From Bdellovibrionia bacterium (GTDB lineage: Bacteria; Bdellovibrionota; UBA1018): a DNA stretch of 10,250 nucleotides. Below, piece after piece: positions 1 to 7,725 of the stretch (its first letter is position 1; every line of letters begins with the position of its first letter). The stretch covers positions 1-10,250 of the forward strand of contig JBMSSC010000098.1 of assembly GCA_049424145.1 (NCBI GenBank). Direction: 5' to 3'. The notes below the pieces were generated by a model. The model was not told the DNA's origin, ran no database searches, and worked only from the letters and a program-made list of their open reading frames with translations. Made by a program: the position numbers and the translations under genes.

Positions 1-303
1 AGAATTCGCTTCCTCACTCGGCGCTTGGAAATTGCGGAAATCGTTCAGCCTCAGAATTCAAAGGATTCAAGCTCCACTCGCGTGCGTTTTGGGGCTTACG
101 TCTGGGTCGCCGATGAGGAGGGCGTGGAGCGCACCTACCGGATCGTGGGGGAAGATGAGAGTCGTCCCAAGGACGGTTGGGTGAGTTGGGTCTCTCCCGT
201 GGCACGAGCCCTCTTAAATGCACAAGTGGGCGATGTGGTTCAGTTTAAAACCCCAGAGGGCGCCCGGGAGCTTGAGATTTTAAAAATCCAGTATCAGCCC
301 TGA
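1..303 (+). CDS. greB: Transcription elongation factor GreB, 5'-truncated by the window edge
   Basis: Frame 1 is open from base 1: RIRFLTRRLEIAEIV...VRFGAYV...YRIVGEDE...WVSWVSPVARALL..QVGDVV...TPEG..ELEILKIQY. This is the GreA/GreB C-terminal domain. RIRFLTRRLE, FGA.V and SW.SP.ARAL are GreB-type rather than GreA-type. The ORF-track TTG at 25 is internal. Confidence 0.93.
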   Translation, partial: RIRFLTRRLEIAEIVQPQNSKDSSSTRVRFGAYVWVADEEGVERTYRIVGEDESRPKDGWVSWVSPVARALLNAQVGDVVQFKTPEGARELEILKIQYQP

Positions 304-319
304 CGCCTGAGTGACAACC

Positions 320-478
320 TGCCTCGAGTCTGAAATCGGGCGCTTGTACTGACTTCCTTGCAGGCTTGAAGCGGGTTGGATTAAGCCACTTTCTGCCTGG
401 CTTCCCAAGGATCGTAATCCGCTTCTCTTCAGCCCCCCCCCAGGTCACCCGAGCTGCTCAGTACCCGTTCAAGGGGCA
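320..478 (+). ncRNA. Candidate structured ncRNA (long bulged rod, 6S-like architecture; family unassigned)
   Basis: Nested complementary blocks: 320-325/473-478, 331-334/468-471, 337-340/464-467, 346-352/458-464, 360-363/454-457, 363-383/415-434 (near-continuous with G-U pairs) and 384-388/398-402. The G-U pairs work on the + strand. No convincing ORF is present. Confidence 0.4.
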
Positions 479-526
479 TCGCAAAATGAGCAGAAATTTC
501 TCGTTTGCCGTTGATGACCTCTAGCG

Positions 527-576
527 AGAGCGGATCTAAGCCGCGCCCGACGTGCGGCGGCTTAGATCCGCTCTAC
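527..576. repeat. Perfect 18-bp inverted repeat, REP/REPIN-like doublet; probable bidirectional terminator/stabiliser between convergent greB and tnaA
   Basis: AGAGCGGATCTAAGCCGC (527-544) and its exact reverse complement (557-574) flank a 12-nt loop. The right arm on the - strand reads GTAG-A-GCGG-ATCTAAG-CCGC. Confidence 0.8.
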
Positions 577-605
577 TTGATCGGTTTTCTGCTATCCCGC
601 TCATC

Positions 606-1985
606 CTAAGGAAGAGGCTCAAAGCGTGCCGTAAAATGCCTGAGAAACGGAGGTTCGTAGGTCATTTGTAAGCCCCGAAGCTCTTTTTTTCGGGCTACGA
701 TTTGCTCAAAGCCCTCTAAGATATAATCAAAGTGACTCTGAGTATAGACCCGCCTTGGGAAAGCCAAACGCACGAGTTCCATGGAGGCTTTTTGGCCAAA
801 CATCACTGAACCAATTTCACAGGAGCGAATTCCCTCAGCTAAGTACATTTCACAAACCAGGGCTTGCCCAGGAAACTCCGATGAGGGAATTTGGGGGAGG
901 AATGCCTGAGCATCAATGTAAACGGCATGGCCCCCCGGGGGTTGAACCGTGGGAATGCCTAGGTCATTTAAGCCTTGTGCCATATACTGACTCACAGCAA
1001 TTCGGTACTCCAAGTAGCGTTCATCCAGGACTTCCTCTAAGCCTACGGCTAAAGCCTCTAAGTCTCGAGCCGCAAGCCCGCCGTAGGTCGGGAATCCTTC
1101 GGTTAAGATCAGGGAGTTTCTTAAATCCGAAAGCCAACGATCCTCCTTCAGCGCAATGAATCCCCCAATGTTTGAGAGCCCATCTTTTTTTGCGCTCATC
1201 ATGCAGCCATCCCCTAGGGAAAAAGTCTCTTGGGCAATCTCACGCGTGGTTCGATGCTGGTGCTCCTTCTCCCTGAGCTTAATAAAGTAACTATTTTCCG
1301 CAAATCGACAAACATCTAAGATGAATGGAATTCCGTACTTTTTATAAATCCGCGAGACCTCGCGTAAGTTCTCAAGCGACACGGGCTGTCCACCACCGGT
1401 ATTATTGGTGATCGTAATCATTCCTAATGGAATCTCTTTATGATGAGCTGCACAGAATTCTTCCAAGCGTTTGAGATCCATGTTTCCTTTAAAGGGATGG
1501 AGGTGAGAGGGGTCCTTGCCTTCGGCAATCACCAAGTCAACTGCTTCCCCTCCGAGCTGCTCGATGTTAGCTCGTGTGGTGTCAAAGTGATTATTGGAGG
1601 GAACCTTCATCCCCGGCTTAACTAAGGTTTCAAACATCAGGCGCTCGGCTGCTCGGCCTTGATGAGTGGGGATCACATTTTTATAGCCGGTGAGGTTTCT
1701 GACGACCCTTTCAAAGCGCTCAAAACTTTGGGAGCCTGCATAGCTCTCGTCGGCAATCATCATGGCTCCCCACTGTGCGCTACTCATGGCTGAAGTGCCG
1801 CTGTCGGTTAAGAAATCAAAAGTCACATGCTTGGCTGAAACCAAAAACAGATTGTATCCGGCTTGCTTGAGGATCTTCTCTCGCTCATGGCGATGCATCA
1901 GAGGTAGCGGATCCACCATCTTGATCTTAAAAGGTTCAATGATGCTCCGTTGAGGTTTCCCTTTTTGAGTCGTTGTTGGCGCCAT
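606..1985 (-). CDS. tnaA: Tryptophanase (tryptophan indole-lyase, PLP-dependent beta-eliminating lyase)
   Basis: Family motifs EPFKIKMV, DFLTDSGT, DESYAGS, PTHQGRAAE, PLP-lysine SAKKDG, EGFPTYGGL and RRVYT. HFDTT, EIGS and LRHFTA match TnaA, whereas tyrosine phenol-lyase has FTTT, ERG and LRFFTA. A strong SD lies upstream. Confidence 0.93.
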   Translation of the reverse strand: MAPTTTQKGKPQRSIIEPFKIKMVDPLPLMHRHEREKILKQAGYNLFLVSAKHVTFDFLTDSGTSAMSSAQWGAMMIADESYAGSQSFERFERVVRNLTGYKNVIPTHQGRAAERLMFETLVKPGMKVPSNNHFDTTRANIEQLGGEAVDLVIAEGKDPSHLHPFKGNMDLKRLEEFCAAHHKEIPLGMITITNNTGGGQPVSLENLREVSRIYKKYGIPFILDVCRFAENSYFIKLREKEHQHRTTREIAQETFSLGDGCMMSAKKDGLSNIGGFIALKEDRWLSDLRNSLILTEGFPTYGGLAARDLEALAVGLEEVLDERYLEYRIAVSQYMAQGLNDLGIPTVQPPGGHAVYIDAQAFLPQIPSSEFPGQALVCEMYLAEGIRSCEIGSVMFGQKASMELVRLAFPRRVYTQSHFDYILEGFEQIVARKKELRGLQMTYEPPFLRHFTARFEPLP

Positions 1986-1990
1986 GGGTG

Positions 1991-1996
1991 CTCCTT
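1991..1996 (-). promoter_or_regulatory. Shine-Dalgarno site of tnaA
   Basis: The - strand reads AAGGAG-CACCC-ATG (5-nt spacing). Confidence 0.85.
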
Positions 1997-2130
1997 AAGT
2001 ATGGATAATGACTTGATTTTTTTTGTTACCAGATCGATGCCGCGATGACAATTAAATGATGGTTAAGCCCCAATGCTCAGGACAAAAAAGGTGGACCCAA
2101 GCCAAGCATCCCAGGTGGTTTAATCTCACC

Positions 2131-2159
2131 TTGTCTTTCTTGGCGGCTTCGATTAGACA
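2131..2159 (+). promoter_or_regulatory. Putative sigma70 promoter of the 2166 ORF (leaderless geometry)
   Basis: TTGTCT (2131-2136)-17 nt-TAGACA (2154-2159), then 6 nt to the ATG at 2166. The -10 element lacks the conserved final T. Confidence 0.35.
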
Positions 2160-2165
2160 TCAGGA

Positions 2166-2705
2166 ATGAAAAAAATTAAATTTAAAGTATTCATTTTACT
2201 TGCTTGTTTATTGGCTTCTTCAAGTCCCAAGAGGAGTTTTGCTCATCCCCCTCAACTTTGGTTTGAGCGCAATTTGCCAGGTGGGGATATACTGACAAAC
2301 GGTAAAATCAATATCGGCGCGGGGTTCTTCGGAACTATTGATGTCTCTGAGCTCGTCAAAGATCATCCGAATGCGCTTGCGCTGGCCAAAAAACAAGCTG
2401 AGTTCGATAGATACGCTACGTTCTCCTTTTGGTTGGGCCAAATTCCATCGGCGGTTTTTTTGGGATATTCGTTGGGTTCCCGAAATACTACACTCTTTCT
2501 TATTTCCGTAGCCACTTTCGTTGGGGGAAATCTTTTAACCGGGTACTTTAAGAGTCAATCCCGACACTATATGTATGAGGCCGTGAATACCTTCAATGGA
2601 GTTCATGATCGCAGTACCACGGAGTTGCAGGCGTCCTCGCCGTTTGCCTCTGTTCACTCAGTTCAGCCTCAAACCCCGGTTCTATCCGCTAGCTTTTCCT
2701 TTTAG
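2166..2705 (+). CDS. Hypothetical exported/membrane protein (179 aa)
   Basis: Lys-rich N-terminus, hydrophobic core and SFA|H cleavage-like site indicate a signal peptide. Two Gly-containing hydrophobic segments (YATFSFWLGQIPSAVFLGYSLG; LFLISVATFVGGNLLTGYF) follow, and the protein ends in an amphipathic strand VLSASFSF. It fills the gap between two clear genes. Confidence 0.8.
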   Translation: MKKIKFKVFILLACLLASSSPKRSFAHPPQLWFERNLPGGDILTNGKINIGAGFFGTIDVSELVKDHPNALALAKKQAEFDRYATFSFWLGQIPSAVFLGYSLGSRNTTLFLISVATFVGGNLLTGYFKSQSRHYMYEAVNTFNGVHDRSTTELQASSPFASVHSVQPQTPVLSASFSF

Positions 2706-2755
2706 GGGAGCGGATTCGGAGCCTCATCTCCTTTGATCCCTAGAAGGCTATAGAC

Positions 2756-2780
2756 CTCCTTCGGGTCAAAAAGGAGTTTT
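2756..2780 (+). terminator. Possible weak intrinsic terminator after the 2166 ORF
   Basis: CTCCTT (2756-2761) pairs with AAGGAG (2771-2776), followed by TTTT. Confidence 0.3.
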
Positions 2781-2857
2781 CCAGTTCGGTTGATTCACAA
2801 GAGAAATCAAAAGTTTTACTCTTTTTAGAATTGAAGGAGCGTTTATTGCTCTTTTTT

Positions 2858-2885
2858 TCAATTCAATCCCTTCACTGACCGATAC
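2858..2885 (+). promoter_or_regulatory. Putative sigma28 (FliA)-type promoter of the adenylate cyclase gene
   Basis: TCAA (2858-2861)-16 nt-ACCGATAC (2878-2885), against the consensus TAAA-N15/16-GCCGATAA. The element ends 7 nt before the ATG at 2893 and there is no SD. Confidence 0.5.
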
Positions 2886-2892
2886 AGAAGTG

Positions 2893-5238
2893 ATGAGAAG
2901 CAAACTCTGGTTTCTGCAGATCCCTTTTATCCTTTTCTTTACCGCCTGTTACGTGCTCACTGAGTTTGGGTCTCAGGGAAAAATTGAGCACCAGTTTCTA
3001 AGAGAGAGTATCTACTTACCTTTAAGTAGGCCGATTAATTTTCTAACAGACCTGAAATTTAAGTTCCGTGGACCGGTAGTGCCGAAAAATAAGATTGTCA
3101 TCGTGCAGGTGGATAGCCCAGCTCTGGATACTTTTGGTCGTTGGCCATGGCACCGGGACTTGATGTCCTACCTCATTGAAAAAACCTTTGAGGCAGGAGC
3201 AAAAGTGGTTGGTCTCGATATTGTTTTCAGCGAGGCAGATCCTAGGGTTCCTCCAGAACTGAAAGATCTTCTTAAAACCAAGAGCTTAGAGTCGATGGCG
3301 GATCAGTTTGAGACCGATAAGCAGCTTGAGGAGACCATTCGCAGGCATCGGGATCATCTGGTTTTAGCCTGGACAACCGAGCTTTTATGTCAGCCAGGAT
3401 TTGAAGAGGCACAGTATTGCCCAGTGACGGATCCTCAGTCCAAAGCTCAGTTTCCCGAGGAGTTTCAAAAATTTTCAATCGGGGAGTTTCGAACCGAGAG
3501 TCGATTTGATCCCGCAAAGACCCCGATTGTCTCCTTTCTGAATCCCATTGCAAATCTTCCCGCCTATACAGCGGCAGGTCAGAGTTTGGGCTTTCTCAAC
3601 GCGTTTTTAGATCCCGATGGCTACATCCGACGAAGCAGCCTGTTGATCTTTGCCAATGCAAAACCCTATCCTTCTTTAGCCTTTGAAATGGCTCGAGTGG
3701 GCTTAGGCGAGAAGGTGGCATTGGATCTGGATGACAAACACCGAGTAAAAAATCTTGAGTTTTTAAATCAAAAAAGAAAAATAGACACCAGTCCTTTAGC
3801 CTCCGCTTCGATTAATTTTCGGGGGCCTGGATCCGTCTTCACTCACGTATCGGCTTTAGATGTGATGAACGACCAAGACACCCTGGAAGATCATTTAAAT
3901 CAAAAACTGACGGGTCAATCCAAACGCGAAATCCTCAAAGACGCCTACGTCATTATCGGAGTTTCAGCCATTGGGGTGTTTGATATGAGGCAGTTTCCGT
4001 TTGAAACCAATGCTCCCGGAGTGGATGGGCATGCCAACCTCTTAGATAACCTCCTTTCCAATGATCTGATGGTTCAGAATCGAGGTTTTTTTGGATTTGA
4101 TTTGATGCTTTTTCTCATGCTTGTTGGAACTGGAGTGTTGGTTTATGCCATCAGTCGCCTTGAGGCCGTGCCTGCCATGGTTCTATTTGGTTTGGTTTTA
4201 TTTGGCCTCGGGTATTTGGATTTTGGGGTGCTCTTTTCTAAGAACCAAAATTGGAACACTGTGTTTCTTTATTTCGAGGTCATTTGGGTCATCATTGTGA
4301 CCTTTTTGGCCAAATATGTTCAAGAGGAGCAAAAGAAGAAATTCATTCGAGGCGCTTTCTCCAAATACGTGGCTCCGCTTGTGGTGGATTCGATCCTGAA
4401 GGATCCTACGAAGCTTTCTTTAGGAGGGGAAAAAAAGGAGCTCACGATCCTCTTTTCCGATATTCGGGGGTTCACTACCTTTTCTGAAAAAATGGATGCC
4501 AAAGCCTTAACGGCGTTCTTAAACGACTTCTTAGGCACGATGACGAAAATTGTTTTCGCCAACCGAGGAACGTTGGATAAGTACATGGGAGATGCGATTA
4601 TGGCTTTCTGGGGAGCTCCGCTTTCGGACGCCGAACATGCGCTCCATGCCTGTCAGGCCGCCTGTCAGATGGCTCAAGCTTTAGCTCAGAACCGAGAGCG
4701 CTATAAGACCCAGTACGGCATTGAGGTGAACATTGGGATTGGAATTAATTCGGGAGTGGTCAATGTGGGGAACATGGGGTCGGATCAAAACTTCGAGTAC
4801 ACCGTCATTGGTGATCACGTGAACTTAGCCTCTCGTGTGGAGGGGATCACCAAAGAGTACGGCGTGGAGATTATGACCACTCGAAATACCTTGGATTTAA
4901 TTCGAGCCTCCTCAGCCGAGCTCCCGTCTCATCGAGTTTTAGACGATGTTAAGGTGAAGGGAAAGAAAACGTCCGTTGAGCTCATTGAACTGAAGCCCGA
5001 GGGGTTTTCCCAAGAGGCCGTGGAGCTTTTTGAGCAGGCCAAGGCACTCTATCGCCAACGAAAGTGGGACGAGGCTCTGGAGAGGTTTCAAAAAGCATCT
5101 CAGGCGTTTGCCCAGGATGCATCTCCCGGGGCTCGGCCTGATGGTCCGTGTGCCACTTACATGGAGCGCTGTGCTGAGTTTAAGAAAAATCCACCGGAAG
5201 CCAACTGGGATGGAAGCTGGAAAATGGAAAGCAAGTAA
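2893..5238 (+). CDS. CHASE2-domain membrane class III adenylate cyclase with a TPR-like C-terminus
   Basis: N-terminal TM; CHASE2 motifs (IVIVQVD...FGRWPWHR, GAKVVGLDIVFSEAD, DPDGYIRR, YPSLA, INFRGP, PGVDGHANLLDNLL); three TM helices; FSKYV linker; catalytic domain TILFSDIRGFT, DKYMGDAIMA.WGAP, GIGINSG.V.VGNMG, YTVIGDHVNLASRVEG, VKVKGK; TPR-like tail ending PPEANWDG. The Lys+Thr specificity pair is class IIIb, ATP-type. An alternative GTG start is at 2890. Confidence 0.95.
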   Translation: MRSKLWFLQIPFILFFTACYVLTEFGSQGKIEHQFLRESIYLPLSRPINFLTDLKFKFRGPVVPKNKIVIVQVDSPALDTFGRWPWHRDLMSYLIEKTFEAGAKVVGLDIVFSEADPRVPPELKDLLKTKSLESMADQFETDKQLEETIRRHRDHLVLAWTTELLCQPGFEEAQYCPVTDPQSKAQFPEEFQKFSIGEFRTESRFDPAKTPIVSFLNPIANLPAYTAAGQSLGFLNAFLDPDGYIRRSSLLIFANAKPYPSLAFEMARVGLGEKVALDLDDKHRVKNLEFLNQKRKIDTSPLASASINFRGPGSVFTHVSALDVMNDQDTLEDHLNQKLTGQSKREILKDAYVIIGVSAIGVFDMRQFPFETNAPGVDGHANLLDNLLSNDLMVQNRGFFGFDLMLFLMLVGTGVLVYAISRLEAVPAMVLFGLVLFGLGYLDFGVLFSKNQNWNTVFLYFEVIWVIIVTFLAKYVQEEQKKKFIRGAFSKYVAPLVVDSILKDPTKLSLGGEKKELTILFSDIRGFTTFSEKMDAKALTAFLNDFLGTMTKIVFANRGTLDKYMGDAIMAFWGAPLSDAEHALHACQAACQMAQALAQNRERYKTQYGIEVNIGIGINSGVVNVGNMGSDQNFEYTVIGDHVNLASRVEGITKEYGVEIMTTRNTLDLIRASSAELPSHRVLDDVKVKGKKTSVELIELKPEGFSQEAVELFEQAKALYRQRKWDEALERFQKASQAFAQDASPGARPDGPCATYMERCAEFKKNPPEANWDGSWKMESK

Positions 5239-5253
5239 GGCACAGCATCGTGA

Positions 5254-5307
5254 GCTTCCTTCGCCCTGATTCAAAACAAAAATCACTTAGGGAGGAAGTC
5301 TTGTTTC
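5254..5307. terminator. Bulged hairpin, probable terminator between the convergent cyclase and acylase genes
   Basis: CTTCCT (5255-5260)/AGGAAG (5293-5298), CCCT/AGGG and GATT/AATC pair up, followed by T-rich TCTTGTTTC on +. Confidence 0.5.
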
Positions 5308-7725
5308 TTACAGTGAGACTGAAGTGATGTTTTTGATTTGAGTCCAATTCACAGGGAAATGCCTCTTTTGTAGATGACAGTGAGCCCAGTCTTGCCAAGG
5401 CGAGCTTGGCGAAGCAGGATTTTTCCACGGTTCATCCGAGAGAAGCTCATCGGGGTTCATACCCGGTAAGACGGAGAAAATCTGGGGTGGAGTACTCATC
5501 TCCACAAGAAGTCGTTGAGAGGCTCCATCGGTGTGCTCCATTTGATTCTTAGTGAGCGTTGCGGTTCCAGGGTTCACCGAGTGATCATCTCCTGGAGTTG
5601 AAATTGGCTTAGTCCTCCAGGATTCTTCGCCGGCTAGGTGTGGAAAACGGTTGATGTGAACCGCTCCCCACTGAGGGAGACCCACGCGGCCTTGATCCGT
5701 GAGTTGACCCACGGCGGTTTGAAAGGCACTCACCAACGCAGCCTCTGAAATCAGAGGAGGTGCGGCGCGCAAGGCTCGATACAGAGCCACCGTGTCAAGC
5801 CCCTGATCGTGGGTGAGTGTTGAGACCCAGAAGCGATACACTGGACAGGCCATGCACTCTTGCGGCGTTTGAAAATCCCAATCTCGAAGGAGGCGCAGGG
5901 CTTGAGTTTCTTGAGGATTCCATAAGCCACGGGATTCTGTTTGGTCCAGCGCCTTAAGGAGCAGAGGAAGGATGAATCGTGCATCGACGGCTTGCAAGTC
6001 GCACTGAATTTTTTGTTGTGACTTCAGATCGTGACGGGAAGTAGCTTGAATGAGCTCTTCAATTCTAAATGCGCGAAAGCCAGTTGCAGGGGCCCGTCCT
6101 GAGCGGAGGTGAAATCCATTGGGCCAGTGGTGATTATTCGCCGTCACGATAAACCCTCGAGAGGGGTTTAACAGATGGGGCATTTCATCAGTCTCCAGGG
6201 GGTTTGAAAACTCCGGGTGATGATTCACCCAGCTTAGGTTGGCTGAGGGGATGGAAAACGACTGGTGATCTTCTCGGCGTGCTATTTTTCCAATGGCGCG
6301 ATAACCAATGGAGCCTTTTGTGTCCGCAAAATTGAAATTCCAACTTGGAACTCCGATTTGGGCTAATGCACGATCCATGTCGCTTGCCGTCTTAGAGTTC
6401 ATGAACGTGAAAAGCCCTTCTAAGTCTTGAGCTTTCAGATCAAAACCACTCCACTTGAGCACGAGGGCCTGATTCTCAGGGAGATCATCCATGGGCAGAA
6501 TTGGGAGCTGGGCTTCTGTTCTTTGAAAGGTTTTAAAAAAGAAAGGAAGTTGAAGCTTCCAAAAACGAACCCAAATCAGGGGCCTTGTGCGGGGAGCTTC
6601 CTTGAGCTCATCTTTTGAAACAAAAATGACCTGACTTGCGGGTAAAAAGGAATTCGTCAGCCCCCAGCTCACGGTTTCGTTTGAGCCACTTAAAATGAAA
6701 GGCACCCCAGGAAACGAGGCGCCCATGACGTTTGAGTCAGGTCCATCCACATGGGTCCAGTACCAAAATGCCGGGCGCGTGAGTTTTAAATGGGGATCAT
6801 TGGCTAACCAGGCGTTTCCAGTTTGACTCCGCGTGGGCGAAAGTACCCAGCTATTACTGCCTGAGCCGGGCCCTCCAAAAATTCCCTCCCAGTTCTGAGA
6901 CCAAAGAGGAGCGGGATGGGCGGGGCTTTTATTGACCGGAGACTGCGATTGAAGCGTTGCGGAAGCCTTTTGGATCCGAGCGGGGCTTGCTTCTTTCTGC
7001 GGTTTGGGGTTGAGCTCCTCAGATTTTAATATGGTCGTATCCCACGGTAATCCCGTAGGATCAAAGAGGTCCTCCGTTTGCTCGCCCCAGCGTTTTTTGA
7101 GCTGAAAATCATCGATCTGTGTGGTGAAGTTTTTTCGAGTTTGATCAAACGATTGGAGCAAAAGGAGGCTGAGCGTATCAACTGGATGCCAAGCTTCAGG
7201 GAGGTAGCCTAGGCTTTGAAATTCATAGACTCCTTTTTTGAAAGCCTCCTGAAAGCCGCGGTTCACTCCGTAGCTATAGGCCCAAAGGAGATCTTGTCGG
7301 GATTGAGGGAGATCCGAAAAGAGGACTTTAGCCCGATCCGACAGCCCTAAGAGTCGGAGAAAAAAATCGGATCGAATTGAACTCCAGCCTGAAATTTCGG
7401 ATCTTCTTCCTTGGGCAATTTTTCTAAAAAAATCCATCTGAAAGGCTCGGTCCCGTCCATGGAGAAGTCCTAAGCAAGCTACGGACTTGAGTGAGTCCTC
7501 TGAGTGAATGTGAGAGATTCCTTGCTCATCGTCCCAGATCTGGCACTTCTGTCCCTGAAGGCGTGATTGAAGGGGGTTGTTGAGGACTTCAGAGGGGGGT
7601 TTTAAAACCGAAACTGAGCTCTGATCCAAAGACTCAGAAGCGGCAAATCCTCCTTGAGTGAAAGCCAAACTGAGTAGCCAGAAAACGCCGAATCGGCAGG
7701 AGAAACGAGAATTCAAGCGCTTCAT
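5308..7725 (-). CDS. Penicillin acylase / acyl-homoserine-lactone acylase family Ntn hydrolase (peptidase S45), 805 aa, exported precursor
   Basis: Motifs DEQGISHI, G..HGRDRAFQMD..R..AQGR.SE, AYSYGVN, a Pro/Ser/Lys-rich spacer, the nucleophile site GSNSWV (Ser codon 6856-6858), LANDPHL, GASFPG.P.I..G.N..VSWGLTN, NFNFAD..G.IGY, P...NP..GFIVTANN and GASQR. The start is placed at ATG 7725 (MKRLNSRF... signal peptide), which overlaps the upstream stop as ATGA. Confidence 0.92.
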   Translation of the reverse strand: MKRLNSRFSCRFGVFWLLSLAFTQGGFAASESLDQSSVSVLKPPSEVLNNPLQSRLQGQKCQIWDDEQGISHIHSEDSLKSVACLGLLHGRDRAFQMDFFRKIAQGRRSEISGWSSIRSDFFLRLLGLSDRAKVLFSDLPQSRQDLLWAYSYGVNRGFQEAFKKGVYEFQSLGYLPEAWHPVDTLSLLLLQSFDQTRKNFTTQIDDFQLKKRWGEQTEDLFDPTGLPWDTTILKSEELNPKPQKEASPARIQKASATLQSQSPVNKSPAHPAPLWSQNWEGIFGGPGSGSNSWVLSPTRSQTGNAWLANDPHLKLTRPAFWYWTHVDGPDSNVMGASFPGVPFILSGSNETVSWGLTNSFLPASQVIFVSKDELKEAPRTRPLIWVRFWKLQLPFFFKTFQRTEAQLPILPMDDLPENQALVLKWSGFDLKAQDLEGLFTFMNSKTASDMDRALAQIGVPSWNFNFADTKGSIGYRAIGKIARREDHQSFSIPSANLSWVNHHPEFSNPLETDEMPHLLNPSRGFIVTANNHHWPNGFHLRSGRAPATGFRAFRIEELIQATSRHDLKSQQKIQCDLQAVDARFILPLLLKALDQTESRGLWNPQETQALRLLRDWDFQTPQECMACPVYRFWVSTLTHDQGLDTVALYRALRAAPPLISEAALVSAFQTAVGQLTDQGRVGLPQWGAVHINRFPHLAGEESWRTKPISTPGDDHSVNPGTATLTKNQMEHTDGASQRLLVEMSTPPQIFSVLPGMNPDELLSDEPWKNPASPSSPWQDWAHCHLQKRHFPVNWTQIKNITSVSL

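Noticed and set aside
385..433. Hammerhead-like CTGAAGAG on the - strand
   Set aside because: There is no correctly placed stem II with CGAAA, so the core cannot be assembled.
245..448. 67-aa - strand ORF, and 14..223 - ORF
   Set aside because: Both overlap greB antisense, have no recognisable motif, and the first lies over the structured inverted-repeat region.
606..1985. Tyrosine phenol-lyase as the product
   Set aside because: The diagnostic positions (FDTT, SAKKD, EIG, RHFT) are tryptophanase-type.
2196..2207. Lipobox-like LLAC in the 2166 protein
   Set aside because: Cys14 is early and sits inside the hydrophobic core. A signal peptidase I site (SFA|H) fits better, though a lipoprotein is not fully excluded.
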